DNA of 64,000 nt from an uncultured Alphaproteobacteria bacterium (GCA_963756245.1 CAVWOI010000025.1:6245-70244), one strand, 5' to 3'; shown: positions 37,535 through 48,444, numbered from the stretch's first letter. Notes: generated by a model not told the origin, from the letters alone. Numbers and translations: made by a program.

Positions 37535-38305
37535 ATGGATCGCCGTACATTCATGAGTGCCACGGTCGCTGCCGCCGCAAGCTCGCTTCTGGCGGAGCCC
37601 GCACTTGCGCAGCCGGTCCCCAAGGCCAAAAATGTCGTCCTGGTGCACGGTCTCTTTGCCGACGGGTCGAGCTGGTCGGAAGTGATTCCGCGGCTGCAGG
37701 CCGCGGGGCTCAACGTGACCTCCGTGCAAAACCCGCTGACGACGCTGCCCGAAGCAGTCGATGCAGCGCTTCGCGTGCTGGCGCGGCAGGATGGGCCCAC
37801 GGTTCTGGCCGGGCATTCGTTTTCCGGAATGATCGTCACCGACGCCGGCGTGCATCCGAACGTCTCGGCGGTTGTCTATGTGGCGGCGCGGGCGCCGGAT
37901 GCCGGCGAGGATTACCCGACGCTGGCCAAGAAGTTTCCAACGCCGCCTGCGTCAGCCGGCATCGTCTTCGACGGCGATGAAGGCCGCCTCAGCGAGGCGG
38001 CCTTCCTGCATGATTTCGCCGGCGACTTGCCGGAAGCGAAGGCCAAGGCGCTCTATGCGGTTCAGTGGCCGTTCCACAAAACCTTGCTCGCCGGCAAAAC
38101 CACGCACGCGGCATGGCGGACGAAGCCGAGCTGGTACGCCGTTTCCATCGACGATCGGACGATCGACCCCGACCTCGAACGCTTCATGGCCAAGCGCATG
38201 GGAGCGAAAACGATCGAGGTCAAGGCGAGCCACGTTTCGCTGATATCGCAACCCGAAACGATCGCGAACCTGATTCTGGAAGCGGCCGGACAGACAAAGT
38301 CCTGA
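37535..38305 (+). CDS. alpha/beta hydrolase with Tat-type signal peptide
   Basis: RBS gaaggagagg. MDRRTFMSATVAAAASSLLAEPALA, then VVLVHGLFADGSSW and nucleophile elbow GHSFSG. Confidence 0.8.
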   Translation: MDRRTFMSATVAAAASSLLAEPALAQPVPKAKNVVLVHGLFADGSSWSEVIPRLQAAGLNVTSVQNPLTTLPEAVDAALRVLARQDGPTVLAGHSFSGMIVTDAGVHPNVSAVVYVAARAPDAGEDYPTLAKKFPTPPASAGIVFDGDEGRLSEAAFLHDFAGDLPEAKAKALYAVQWPFHKTLLAGKTTHAAWRTKPSWYAVSIDDRTIDPDLERFMAKRMGAKTIEVKASHVSLISQPETIANLILEAAGQTKS

Positions 38306-38311
38306 TCGCGA

Positions 38312-38365
38312 AAAAGGCCGCCCTCGGACTTGATCCGAGGGCGAACTTTCGAAAAGATCATGCCC
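38312..38365. repeat. REP-like element (family F)
   Basis: Hairpin gccctcggacttgatccgagggc, then ..ttcgaaaagatcatgcc. A related copy is at 48445-48507. Confidence 0.6.
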
Positions 38366-38479
38366 GAACAAACAACCGGGCTTTGCTTCGATTTCACCGA
38401 GACGAATCAAAGTCCGGGCCGGCGGCGCCGCAGGTGTTTGCAGGCTTAAGCGCAATGCGATGAAGGCCGGAGGTATGCC

Positions 38480-39067
38480 GTGAGCAGTGCCGAAACAGGC
38501 TCGCAATCAACGCCACCGGCGTCGCCGCCGGCCGCGCCACTCTTGCCGCACCGCCTGAGTTTTTGGATCAGGGAGCTGCCGTTCGCCCTGGTATTGATCC
38601 TCACCACACTCGGCATCGCCTATACGAGCTTTTCCAAGCAGCCGATCGTCGGCTTCTGGGAGCTGCTCGCGCCGCTGATCGCGCTGGTCTGCATCGGCTC
38701 CGGATGGCCGAGCGCTGCCGACAGAACGGCGCGGCTGACATTGATCGGCTCGCAAGCGCTGCACTGGCTTGCCTTCATCGTGGTGATGAACATGCTGTTG
38801 CTGCCGAGCGTGCAGCGGAATTTCACCGCCAATTCGACCGCGCTCGCGGTCTTCACCTTGCTGGCGCTCGGCACCTTCACCGCGGGCCTGCAGGTGTTCT
38901 CCTGGCAAGTGTGCAGCCTGGGCCTGGTCATGGCCTTGGCCGTGCCGGCCATTGCCTGGATCGAGAATTCGGCGCTGATCGTCGTCGTGATCTTCGCCAT
39001 GATGCTCGCTGTCGGTATTCTGGTGTGGTGGCATTGGCGCAGAAGCGCGGCCGCCGATTCCCGCTGA
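38480..39067 (+). CDS. integral membrane protein, unknown function
   Basis: 195 aa with 5-6 hydrophobic helices after a Pro/Ala-rich N-terminus. Confidence 0.6.
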   Translation: MSSAETGSQSTPPASPPAAPLLPHRLSFWIRELPFALVLILTTLGIAYTSFSKQPIVGFWELLAPLIALVCIGSGWPSAADRTARLTLIGSQALHWLAFIVVMNMLLLPSVQRNFTANSTALAVFTLLALGTFTAGLQVFSWQVCSLGLVMALAVPAIAWIENSALIVVVIFAMMLAVGILVWWHWRRSAAADSR

Positions 39068-39195
39068 AGCCGATAGCGAATGCACCGTGTATCGGTAGCT
39101 GCGGTATTTGCGGCGCTCGATAACGGCGCTCGCCGCGAATTGCGGAAACCGGATACGACCATATGTCCGGGATATAGCAGGTCGGAGGATCTCAC

Positions 39196-41517
39196 ATGAA
39201 ATTCGGCGTCGGCCAGCCCGTGCGGCGGCATGAGGATTTGCGGCTCATTACCGGACACGGCCGCTACACCGACGATGTCGTGCTGCCGCGGATGACGCAG
39301 GCCTTCGTGCTGCGCGCGCCGGTGGCGCACGCGCACATCAAACGGATCGATGCGAGCGCGGCGCGGCGCATGCCGGGCGTGGTGTTCGTCGGAACCGGAG
39401 AGGATGTGCGCGCCGACGGTCTCGGCGACGTGCCCTGCACGGTCCCGCTCATGAGCCGCGACGGCAAGCCGCGGCACGATACGCCGCGGCCGGTGCTGGC
39501 GCTCGGCAAGGTGCGCCATGTCGGCCAGCCGGTGGCGCTGGTGGTCGCCGAGAGTTTGGCCGCGGCGCGGGACGCCGCGGAAGCGATCGAGGTCGAATAC
39601 GACACGCTGCCGGCGGTGACCGACGCCAAAGCTGCCATCGGCCCCGGCGCGGCGCAACTGTTCGAGCATATCCCGGGCAACATCGTGTTCGACTGGGACA
39701 ACGACACCGGCAACGTCAAAGCGACGGACGCCGCGTTCGCCAAGGCGGCGCACGTCGTCACGCTCGACCTTCTCAACAACAGGGTCGTGGTCAATTCCAT
39801 GGAGCCGCGCAATGCCATCGCCGATTACGATCCGGCAAGCGGCCGCTCGACGCTCTACACCGCGACCCAGGGCGCGCATTTCGTGCGCGATCCGCTCGCC
39901 GAGCTGGTGCTGAAATTGCCGAAGGACAAGCTGCGCCTGATCACGCCCAATGTGGGCGGCGGGTTCGGCATGAAGGCCTTCGTCTATCCCGAGCATGCGC
40001 TCGTGGTCTGGGCGAGCCGCAAGATCGCGCGGCCGGTGAAGTGGCAGGAGGATCGCTCGGAGGGTTTCGTTTCCGACAATCAGGGCCGCGATCACGTCAC
40101 CCGCGCCGAGCTGGCGCTCGACGCCAAGGGCCGCTTCCTCGGCCTGCGGGTTTCGATCCTGGCCAATATCGGCGCCTACCTGTCGCCGTTCGGCTGCTTC
40201 GTGCCGACGCGCTCGACCGACCTGGTGTCCGGCCTCTATGCGATCGGCGCGATCCACATCAACGTCAAAGGCGTGTGCACCAACACCGTGCCGGTCTGCG
40301 CCTATCGCGGCGCCGGGCGGCCCGAGGCCGCCTATCTGCTCGAGCGCCTGGTCGACGCCGCGGCGCGCGAGCTCGGCAAGAGCCCCGACGCCATCCGTCG
40401 GATCAATTTCGTGCCGCCGTCGGCGATGCCTTACACGTCGGCGACCAAACTCATGCTCGATTCCGGCGAATTCGAAAAGGTCATGGACCTGTGCATGGAC
40501 GCGGCCGAATGGCCGACATTCGCCAAGCGGCGCAAGCAAAGCGAGCGCGGCGGCAAGCTGCGCGGCATCGGCATGGCGACCTATACCGAACGCTGCGGCG
40601 GCGGATTCCCCGAAACCGCGTCGATCGAGTTCAAGGACGATAAGGTCGAGCTGGTCATGGGCAACCAGGAATACGGCACCGGCCTCGTCACCGCCTACAA
40701 ACAGATCGTTTCCGGCCAGCTCGGCATCGATGCCGATCGCATCGACATCATCATGGGCGACACCGACCGCACGCCGTCGGGGCTCACCGGCGGCTCGCGC
40801 GCGCTCGCGGTTGCCGGTTCGGCGCTGTACGAGGCGGGCAAGACGATCATCGACAAGGGCACGCAACTTGCCGCGCACCTGCTCGAAGTCTCGGCGCAGG
40901 ACGTTGCTTTCGCCGACGGGACTTTCAGCGTGCCCGGCACCGACCTGCGCCTCGATATTCTCGAAGTCGCGAAAGCGGCGCGCGATCCGGCGAAACTGCC
41001 CGCCGGCATGGCGCCCGGCCTGGACACCACTCACGTCCGCGTGCCGCCGGCGCAGACCTTTCCCAACGGCTGCCACATCGTCGAGGTCGAGATTGATCCC
41101 GACAGCGGCGCCACGACAATCGCGCGCTACACCGTGGTCGACGATTTCGGCCGCATCATCAATCCGCTGCTGCTCGAGGGCCAGGTCCACGGCGGCATCG
41201 TGCAGGGCATCGGCCAGGCGCTCTTGGAGCACGCGGTCTATGACGGCGACAGCGGCCAACTGTTGTCCGGCTCGTTCATGGACTACGCCATGCCGCGCGC
41301 CGGCGATCTGCCGAATTTCGCGTTCTCGACTCACAACGTGCCGGCGACCTCGAACCCGCTCGGCGTCAAAGGCGCCGGCGAGGCCGGCGCTGTCGGCGCG
41401 CCGCCCGCGGTCATCAACGCCATCGTCGACGCGCTCAACCGCCGCACCGGCGCGCGCCACATCGACATGCCGGCCACGCCGCGGCGGGTGTGGGAGGTGC
41501 TGAACGCCACGCACTAG
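39196..41517 (+). CDS. xanthine dehydrogenase-family molybdopterin-binding subunit (form II CoxL-like)
   Basis: 773 aa. GxGRYTDD-like N-terminus (GHGRYTDD), active-site loop [14 protein letters not shown] (the AYRGAGR form II signature), C-terminal GVKGAGEAG. Confidence 0.9.
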   Translation: MKFGVGQPVRRHEDLRLITGHGRYTDDVVLPRMTQAFVLRAPVAHAHIKRIDASAARRMPGVVFVGTGEDVRADGLGDVPCTVPLMSRDGKPRHDTPRPVLALGKVRHVGQPVALVVAESLAAARDAAEAIEVEYDTLPAVTDAKAAIGPGAAQLFEHIPGNIVFDWDNDTGNVKATDAAFAKAAHVVTLDLLNNRVVVNSMEPRNAIADYDPASGRSTLYTATQGAHFVRDPLAELVLKLPKDKLRLITPNVGGGFGMKAFVYPEHALVVWASRKIARPVKWQEDRSEGFVSDNQGRDHVTRAELALDAKGRFLGLRVSILANIGAYLSPFGCFVPTRSTDLVSGLYAIGAIHINVKGVCTNTVPVCAYRGAGRPEAAYLLERLVDAAARELGKSPDAIRRINFVPPSAMPYTSATKLMLDSGEFEKVMDLCMDAAEWPTFAKRRKQSERGGKLRGIGMATYTERCGGGFPETASIEFKDDKVELVMGNQEYGTGLVTAYKQIVSGQLGIDADRIDIIMGDTDRTPSGLTGGSRALAVAGSALYEAGKTIIDKGTQLAAHLLEVSAQDVAFADGTFSVPGTDLRLDILEVAKAARDPAKLPAGMAPGLDTTHVRVPPAQTFPNGCHIVEVEIDPDSGATTIARYTVVDDFGRIINPLLLEGQVHGGIVQGIGQALLEHAVYDGDSGQLLSGSFMDYAMPRAGDLPNFAFSTHNVPATSNPLGVKGAGEAGAVGAPPAVINAIVDALNRRTGARHIDMPATPRRVWEVLNATH

Positions 41518-41701
41518 GCTGCCACCTTAAAAAGATGCGGTGCTGGGCGTTGCATCTTCTCGGCCGCACCACCTTTGCAGGCGACAACCTGTCTTTCCTC
41601 ATGCCGGTGCGGCGGCTGAAAATTGCGCTATAAAGACCCCATTGCCGGCAGGGTCCATTGCGGCGCGACGCGCCGTAGCGAGCGCGTTCGAGGAGCACAT
41701 C

Positions 41702-43231
41702 ATGGCGTTCAAGCTGAAGCGTAGGTCGTTCTTGCAACTGGCAGCGGGGGCCGCGGCCGGCATGTCCGCGCCATTGACGCGCGCCCGCGCTGCGGCCGGC
41801 GATGCGGCGACTATCGGCTGGCCGAACGACGTGCCGTCGTGGGACCCCAATCAGCGGTTTACGCCCGACGCGCAGCCGATCTTCAAGGCGGTGTTCGATC
41901 AGCCGCTCGACCAGGACCCACAGCTGAAATTGATTCCGCACCTGATCAAGAGCTGGAATCTCGCGCCGGACGGCTTGAGCATGGCGGTCGAGTTGCGCGA
42001 CGACGTGACGTTCCACAACGGCGACAAGATGACCACGGAGGATTTTCGCTACACGTTCTTCGAGCGCATCAAAGCCGGCCTAAAGCTTGACACCGCGAAT
42101 TCCTGGAAGAAGGTCGATGACATCGTCATCGAATCGCCCACCAAAGCGACCATGAAATTCAACGCGCCGGCGCCGACCGCGCCGCAATGGATGGCGTTCC
42201 TCGGCAGCTACATGGTGCCGAAGACATATATCGAAACGGGCGGCCTCGATAATTTTTTGAAAAATCCGGTCGGCACCGGGCCGTACAAGCTCGCCGAATA
42301 CGAATTGAATTCGCGCATCGTGCTGGAGCGCTACGACGGCTATTGGGGCCCGAAGCCGAAAATCGCCCGCGTCACCATCGAAATCATCAAGGACACCTCG
42401 GCGCGGGTGGCGGCGATCCAATCTGGCCAGACCGACTTCACCATCAATGTGCCGGTGCGCGAGGCCGAGCGCTTCCAGAAGGAGCCGGGGCTCTCAGCCG
42501 AGCTCGATCCGATCACGCGGGTGATTTTGATCCAGATGCGTGCCGATCTCGCCTTCGCCGATAAGAACGTGCGGCTCGCCGCCCATCACGCCATCGACAA
42601 GGCGGCGCTGTCGAAAGCGTTCTACGGCGGCGCCGCGGTGCCGCTCTCGGTGCTGGCGACGCCGGGCACGCCCGGCTATCTGACGGATTTTTCGTTCAAG
42701 TACGACCCTGCTTTGGCCAAGGAGCTTCTGGCCAAATCGAATTTCTCGCCGGCCAACCCGGTGAAGATCGGCTTTGCCACCACCAACGGCCAGTTCCCGA
42801 GCGACTACGATATCGCGCGCGCCATCGTGCAGATGTGGAAGCAGGTCGGCATCGAGGCCGATCTGCAGGTCATCGAATATGCCAAATATTTCGAGCTCAA
42901 CCGCGGGGCCAAATTGCCGGAGACGACGCTCTATAGCTGGGACAACGCCACCGGCGATCCGGAGATCTTCTCCGGCTACCAGCTCAATCCGAAAATGTCG
43001 TTCTCGCCGTGGAAGGACGAGGATATCGGCAATCGGGTGCTGGCGCTGTTCGGCATCGCCGACTACGACAAGCGCATCGCCGGGTATCGCGATCTGGAAC
43101 GCTACGCGGTGGAAAACGGCGCCACCGTGCCGCTGCTGCAGAGCGTGGTGACGATCGTGCGCAAGAAGAACCTGGCTTACACCAAATATGCCAATGGCTG
43201 GGTGCTGCCGCAGACGTTGCGGTGGAGCTAA
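41702..43231 (+). CDS. ABC transporter substrate-binding protein, family 5 (peptide/opine/nickel type)
   Basis: Tat-like signal MAFKLKRRSFLQLAAGAAAGMSAPLTRARA. Family 5 SBP strings (WDPNQ.., VTFHNGDKMTTEDF, GTGPYKL). Confidence 0.9.
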   Translation: MAFKLKRRSFLQLAAGAAAGMSAPLTRARAAAGDAATIGWPNDVPSWDPNQRFTPDAQPIFKAVFDQPLDQDPQLKLIPHLIKSWNLAPDGLSMAVELRDDVTFHNGDKMTTEDFRYTFFERIKAGLKLDTANSWKKVDDIVIESPTKATMKFNAPAPTAPQWMAFLGSYMVPKTYIETGGLDNFLKNPVGTGPYKLAEYELNSRIVLERYDGYWGPKPKIARVTIEIIKDTSARVAAIQSGQTDFTINVPVREAERFQKEPGLSAELDPITRVILIQMRADLAFADKNVRLAAHHAIDKAALSKAFYGGAAVPLSVLATPGTPGYLTDFSFKYDPALAKELLAKSNFSPANPVKIGFATTNGQFPSDYDIARAIVQMWKQVGIEADLQVIEYAKYFELNRGAKLPETTLYSWDNATGDPEIFSGYQLNPKMSFSPWKDEDIGNRVLALFGIADYDKRIAGYRDLERYAVENGATVPLLQSVVTIVRKKNLAYTKYANGWVLPQTLRWS

Positions 43232-43253
43232 TCGTTGCGGTGGAGTTAAACAT

Positions 43254-43354
43254 TGTCATGCCCCGCGAATGCGGGGCACCCAGTAACCGCGAGCGATGCA
43301 GACCAATTCGAGCCGCCTCGTTTACTGGATCATCCGCTTTCGCGGGTGATGACA
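43254..43354. repeat. REP inverted pair (family E)
   Basis: tgtcatgccccgcgaatgcggggcacccagtaa (43254-43286) and ttactggatcatccgctttcgcgggtgatgaca (43322-43354). Same family as 63124-63208. Confidence 0.85.
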
Positions 43355-43360
43355 GGTAAG

Positions 43361-44377
43361 ATGACCGCAATCGTCCTCAAGCTCATCGCCCGCCGCCTGC
43401 TGGCGGCGATTCCGATCCTGCTGATCGTTTCGGCGCTGTTGTTCTGCATCCTGCGGCTGTTGCCGGTCGATCCCGCCGCGATGTCGCTGCCGCCGAACGC
43501 GACGATTACCGAAATCGAAGACAAGCGCCGCGAGATGGGCCTCGATAAGCCCTTGCCGCAGCAATATTTGATCTGGCTATCCGACGCACTGCACGGCGAC
43601 TTCGGCCGCTCCATTGCGCTGCGCCGCGACGCCGGATCGCTGGTCGCCGCCACCTTGCCGGCGACGATCCAGCTTGCCGCCTGCGCCATGGCGATCGCGG
43701 CGATGCTGGGCCTCGGCGGCGGTCTGCTGTTGTTCCGCCTGCGTGGCACGCTGTTCGAGCCGGTGGCGGACCTCGCCTCGATCGTGCTGCTGTCGATTCC
43801 GGAATTTCTCTGGGGACTTATCCTGTTGTTCGTGTTCGGCGTGATGCTGCAATGGCTGCCGTTCACCGGACAAGTGTCGCCGGGGCTGCCGCTGCCGCAT
43901 ATCACCGGATTCCTGCTGCTCGATTCGCTGCTGGTCGGGCGCTTCGACGTGTTCTGGAGCGCCTGCCAGCATCTGATCCTTCCTGCGGTCGCGCTCGGGC
44001 TCGCGTTCTCGCCGACCATCATGCGGGTGCTGCGCTCCAGCCTGTTCGACGTTTATCTGGAGGATTACATCCTGCAGGCGCGGCTGCGCGGCCTCACCGA
44101 GCGGCATATCCTGCTCGGCCACGCGCTCAAGAACGCCTCGCTGCCGACGCTTACGCTCGCCGGCGTGCAATTCGGCATTCTGTTCTCCGGCACGCTGTTG
44201 GTCGAGGTGATCTATTCCTATCCGGGCATGGGCAATCTGATGGTCGACGCCGTGCGCAACGCCGACCTGCCGCTCATTCAGGCCATCGGGCTCACCTATT
44301 GCATCGTCGTCCTGCTGGTCAACACGGCGGTCGACAGTCTTTACGTCGTGCTCAATCCGAAGCTGCGGGTGCGCTGA
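43361..44377 (+). CDS. ABC transporter permease (DppB/OppB-like)
   Basis: MTAIVLKLIARRLLAAIPILLIVSALLF is the canonical DppB N-terminus. Start set after the REP element. Confidence 0.9.
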   Translation: MTAIVLKLIARRLLAAIPILLIVSALLFCILRLLPVDPAAMSLPPNATITEIEDKRREMGLDKPLPQQYLIWLSDALHGDFGRSIALRRDAGSLVAATLPATIQLAACAMAIAAMLGLGGGLLLFRLRGTLFEPVADLASIVLLSIPEFLWGLILLFVFGVMLQWLPFTGQVSPGLPLPHITGFLLLDSLLVGRFDVFWSACQHLILPAVALGLAFSPTIMRVLRSSLFDVYLEDYILQARLRGLTERHILLGHALKNASLPTLTLAGVQFGILFSGTLLVEVIYSYPGMGNLMVDAVRNADLPLIQAIGLTYCIVVLLVNTAVDSLYVVLNPKLRVR

Positions 44378-45234
44378 TGGGAAGCGCCATGTCCCGTTCG
44401 CTGCACTCGCCCCGGGTTTTGATCGCGCTCGGCATGATTTTCTGTATCGGCATTTGCGCGGTGTTCGCCGGCTGGATCGCGCCGCACGATCCCGGCGACC
44501 AGAACCTGCTGGCGATCCTGCAGCCACCGGCCTGGGTCGACGGCGGCGACCTGAATTATCCGCTGGGCACCGACAGCCTCGGCCGCTGCGTGCTGTCGCG
44601 GCTGATTTTTGGCGCGCGCACCGCGATGCTGGTGGCGCTGTTCGCCTCGCTGGGCGCCATGATCATCGGCACCATCCTGGCGCACATTTCCGGCTATTTC
44701 GGCGGCGCCGTGGACTGGCTGATCGGCCGCCTGGTCGACGTCTGGATGTCGTTTCCGCCGGTGATCCTGTCGCTGATCCTCATGGTCGGGCTCGGCGTTG
44801 GCCTGAGCAAAGTGATCCTCGCCATCGTGCTGGTGGACTGGACGCGGTTTTGCCGCGTGCTGCGCAGCGAAGTGCTGATCGTGACCCGGCATGATTATGT
44901 CGCCGCCGCCAGGCTCCTCGGCTTCAGCCATTGGCAAACCATCGTCCGCGAGGTGCTGCCGGCTACGACGCCGCTCTTGATCACGCTCGTCAGCCTGGAA
45001 ATGGCGATCGCGGTCGTGGTCGAGGCGATCTTGTCCTTCATCGGGCTGGGTGTCGGCGCCAACACGCCGGCCTGGGGCCAGATGATCGCCGACGCGCGGC
45101 AATACGTCTATCAGTCGCCGTGGAATCTGCTGCTGCCGATTTTGGCGATTTTTCTGACCGTCACGGCGTTCAATCTGCTCGGCGACGGGCTACGCCGCAC
45201 GCTCGACGTCCGGCTTGCGGAAACCGGACACTGA
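44377..45234 (+). CDS. ABC transporter permease (DppC/OppC-like)
   Basis: Its ATG overlaps the preceding TGA. ..WIAPHDPGDQNLL..PLGTDSLGRCVLSRLIFGAR.. is typical DppC. Confidence 0.9.
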   Translation: MGSAMSRSLHSPRVLIALGMIFCIGICAVFAGWIAPHDPGDQNLLAILQPPAWVDGGDLNYPLGTDSLGRCVLSRLIFGARTAMLVALFASLGAMIIGTILAHISGYFGGAVDWLIGRLVDVWMSFPPVILSLILMVGLGVGLSKVILAIVLVDWTRFCRVLRSEVLIVTRHDYVAAARLLGFSHWQTIVREVLPATTPLLITLVSLEMAIAVVVEAILSFIGLGVGANTPAWGQMIADARQYVYQSPWNLLLPILAIFLTVTAFNLLGDGLRRTLDVRLAETGH

Positions 45235-45236
45235 TC

Positions 45237-47096
45237 ATGCTGGCGCTGCAAGCCAAAGATCTTACCGTGAGTGCCCGCATCGACGGCGCAATTGTGCCGG
45301 CGATCCGAGCGCTGTCGTTCGATCTGCCGGCGGGAAAAATCCTTGGGCTCGTCGGCGAATCCGGCGCCGGCAAATCCATGGTCGGCCGCGCCATCGCGCA
45401 GCTCTTGCCGGCCGGTTTTGCGATCACTTCGGGTTCGCTGCTGTTCGAGGGCAAAAACCTCGTGGACATGGCGCCGGGCGCGCGGCGCGCGCTGCTCGGC
45501 CGCGCCATCGCCTTCATCCCGCAGGCGCCGATGACCTCGCTCAATCCGGTGCGCACCATCGGCGCGCAATTCGACGAGCATTTGGCACGGCTCGGCGAGC
45601 GCAGCCGCGGCACGCGCCGCGACCGCGCGGTCGCCATGCTGACGGCCGCAAAACTGCCGCGCGCCGGCGAACTGCTGACGCAATATCCGCATCAATTGTC
45701 CGGCGGCATGTGCCAGCGCGTGTTGATCGCGCTGGCGTTTTCCGGCGATCCGCGCCTGGTCATTGCCGACGAGCCGACCACCGCGCTCGACGTCACCATG
45801 CATCCGCCGATCCTGGCGCTGATCGCCGACATGCAGCGCGCGCACGGCACCGCGGTCATCTTCATCACCCACGACCTGCGGCTTGCCGCGCAGCTGTGCG
45901 ACCAGGTCACCGTGATGTATGCCGGCCGCGCCGTCGAGAGCGGGCCGGCGCGCGCCGTGCTGTCCACGCCGGCGCATCCCTATACGCGCTGCCTGCAGCT
46001 CGCCAATCCGTCGCTGCGCGCGGAGCGGCGCGCGCTTTACGTCATGCCGGACCAGATGCCGAGCCTACGCCAGCTCAAAAACCTGTCCGGCTGTCATTTC
46101 GCGCCGCGCTGTCCGCTGGTCGCCGAAGAATGCCGCCGCGATGAGCCGCCGAACATGGCGCTTGCCGCCGATCATCATGTCGCCTGCATCCGCGCCGCGG
46201 CGACGCGGACCATCGCGGCAACCGCCGGCGATAGCACTGCGGCGGGCGCCGCCGGGCGACCGTTGCTGCAGGTGGAAGCTTTGCAAAAGCACTATGCGAC
46301 CGGCGGCGGAATGTTCGCCGGCGCGCGCCATGTTGCCGCGGTGAAGCAGGCGACATTCAGCATTGCCGAGAACGAATTCGTCGCTTTGGTCGGCGAGAGC
46401 GGCAGCGGCAAGAGCACCATTGCCAAAATGCTGGTCGGCTTGGAGCGGCCGACGGCGGGAAAAATTCTGCTCAATGGCGAGGACCTGACCGAGCCGTCGC
46501 TGCGCAGCCGCGCGCGAAACGCGGCGAACCTGCAGATGGTGTTCCAGGACCCGCAATCGGCGCTCAATCCGCGGCGGCGGGTGGCGAGCATCGTTACGCA
46601 AGCGATGGAGGCCGGCAGCCGGCACTCGAGGTGGGACGAGCGTTTGGCGCGGACCAGGGAGCTGCTTGCCGAGGTCGGCCTATCAGCCGATTTTGCCGCG
46701 CGGCTGCCCGGCCAATTGTCGGGCGGCCAGCGTCAGCGCATCAACATCGCGCGCGCGCTGTGCACGCTGCCGAAAATTTTGGTTGCCGACGAAATCGTGT
46801 CGGGCCTCGATGTCTCGATCCAGGCGCAGCTTCTCAATCTCCTCGCCCGGCTGCGCGCCGAGCTCGGCTTCGCCATGCTGTTCATCTGCCACGACCTGTC
46901 CGTGGTGCGCCACCTGTGCAGCCGCGTGCTGGTGATGTATGGCGGCGAGATCGTCGAGGAGGGCGCCGTCGAGAAAGTTTTCACCGATCCGCAACACGCC
47001 CATACGCGGGCGCTGTTGTCGTCGGTGCCGCCGGACGAGCCCGAGGCGGCGTGGCCGTCGCTGCGGGGAAGCGCGAGCCAGGGCCTAAGCTCTTAA
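45237..47096 (+). CDS. ABC transporter ATP-binding protein, fused DppD/DppF-type double ATPase
   Basis: Two Walker A sites (GESGAGKS, GESGSGKS), two signature motifs (LSGGMCQR, LSGGQRQR), two Walker B sites (LVIADEPT, ILVADEIV). Confidence 0.9.
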   Translation: MLALQAKDLTVSARIDGAIVPAIRALSFDLPAGKILGLVGESGAGKSMVGRAIAQLLPAGFAITSGSLLFEGKNLVDMAPGARRALLGRAIAFIPQAPMTSLNPVRTIGAQFDEHLARLGERSRGTRRDRAVAMLTAAKLPRAGELLTQYPHQLSGGMCQRVLIALAFSGDPRLVIADEPTTALDVTMHPPILALIADMQRAHGTAVIFITHDLRLAAQLCDQVTVMYAGRAVESGPARAVLSTPAHPYTRCLQLANPSLRAERRALYVMPDQMPSLRQLKNLSGCHFAPRCPLVAEECRRDEPPNMALAADHHVACIRAAATRTIAATAGDSTAAGAAGRPLLQVEALQKHYATGGGMFAGARHVAAVKQATFSIAENEFVALVGESGSGKSTIAKMLVGLERPTAGKILLNGEDLTEPSLRSRARNAANLQMVFQDPQSALNPRRRVASIVTQAMEAGSRHSRWDERLARTRELLAEVGLSADFAARLPGQLSGGQRQRINIARALCTLPKILVADEIVSGLDVSIQAQLLNLLARLRAELGFAMLFICHDLSVVRHLCSRVLVMYGGEIVEEGAVEKVFTDPQHAHTRALLSSVPPDEPEAAWPSLRGSASQGLSS

Positions 47097-47118
47097 ATGC
47101 GCCTGAGAGACCTACGGC

Positions 47119-47811
47119 ATGAGCGTGCACGAAAATCTCGCCGTTCTCCTGTTGCCGGGCATGGACGGCACCGGTGAGCTGCTGGCGGCGTTGGTCACGC
47201 GATTGTCCGCCTATCGTCCGGTCCAAGTGATCGCATACCCGAACCGGCTATCGCTCGGTTATGTCGAACTGTTGGACTATGTCGTGAGCCGAGCGCCAAA
47301 AGATCCCTTCGTGGTCGTTGGCGAGTTGTTTTCCGGGCCGATCGCGATTGAGCTCGCCGCTTCGCTGGCCCGCGTCGTCGGACTGGTTCTGGCGTCCAGT
47401 TTTGCCCGTCATCCAATGCCCTCACTCCTCGCCCCGCTGGCGCGGATCATCGACATGGCATGGGTTCCCGACAGCATCGCAGTCGCTGCGCTTCTGGGAT
47501 CGAAGGCAACGCCGAAACTCAGGGCGCATCTCATCCAAGTGCTGGCCCGCCTGCCGCGGGAGCTCATCCGCGTTCGCGCATTCGAAGCTCTTCGGGTGGA
47601 TAAACGAAATCGCCTTCGTGAGGTCCAATGTCCCATGCTGTGCTTGCACGGGCGCCTGGATCGACTGGTCGGGAAAAAATGTGTCGATGAAATTTTATCG
47701 GCAAAGCCGGAGTGTCAAGTTCGTTGGTTTGAGGCGCCTCACATGCTACTGGAGACGCACCCGGACGCCGCGGCGGACGCCATCAACCAATTCTGCCTGC
47801 GCCTGAGTTGA
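47119..47811 (+). CDS. alpha/beta hydrolase fold protein with substituted nucleophile elbow
   Basis: LLLPGMDGTGELL N-terminus. Elbow position reads GELFSG instead of G-x-S-x-G. C-terminal ..CLHGRLD..H.. pattern. Confidence 0.65.
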   Translation: MSVHENLAVLLLPGMDGTGELLAALVTRLSAYRPVQVIAYPNRLSLGYVELLDYVVSRAPKDPFVVVGELFSGPIAIELAASLARVVGLVLASSFARHPMPSLLAPLARIIDMAWVPDSIAVAALLGSKATPKLRAHLIQVLARLPRELIRVRAFEALRVDKRNRLREVQCPMLCLHGRLDRLVGKKCVDEILSAKPECQVRWFEAPHMLLETHPDAAADAINQFCLRLS

Positions 47812-48049
47812 CGGAACGCTTATCGGCGACGCGGAAAACCGAATATGCGCCAGCCTGGAGGGGAAGGCGGTCGCGGCCGAAGGTAGACATGCATCGTAAG
47901 AAGGGCGCCGGGTGCGAGCAACAGCACGATGGCCATCAGATAGGACATCTTTCGCGCCGCGCGGCTGGATTGCGACTCGACAATGAACATTGACGGACCC
48001 TCAAGCTGCCGGGACAAGGCGGCGGCCGATATGGGACGATCGCACAGCT

Positions 48050-48247
48050 TTATCTTTTCTCCCGAGCATCGTTAAATCGTCGTATTTCGCGCCCGATGTC
48101 GTCGAACACTTGAGCCAACGAGCGGCCATCTCGGGTTGTCAGAGATTTCCGAATTTGGCGACCGTGCCAGATCGCCGCGACGAAGAACATGAAAAACGGC
48201 AGAAACGCCGCGATCAAACTGACATACCAAGGGACGGTGTTGTTCAT
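48050..48247 (-). CDS. small membrane protein (hypothetical)
   Basis: MNNTVPWYVSLIAAFLPFFMFFVAAIWHGRQIRK..: one TM helix plus a basic tail. Confidence 0.35.
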   Translation of the reverse strand: MNNTVPWYVSLIAAFLPFFMFFVAAIWHGRQIRKSLTTRDGRSLAQVFDDIGREIRRFNDAREKR

Positions 48248-48444
48248 CGCCGATCTCCACCAAGCGTAACCAACGAATGCGCGAACGCCGCTACATCGTC
48301 CTTAAGGAGTTAATTCAAAACGTATCGACTGTTTGGGATGTGCGCTCCGGGTCGTTGGCGGTCGTGTCGAGCGAGCCGTTGAACTCGAACTTTAGTCAAT
48401 ATTCAAAACGGCCCATGCCCGGTCACGCCCGGGGGCGTGATCCC

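Noticed and set aside
38620-41514. 964-aa ORF antisense to the CoxL-like gene (also 18854-20659, 49018-51222, 5454-6752, 28523-30169 and 29997-31562)
   Set aside because: All lie opposite to or out of frame with genes that have clear family signatures. Their translations are Arg/Ala/Gly/Pro-dominated with no recognisable motifs.
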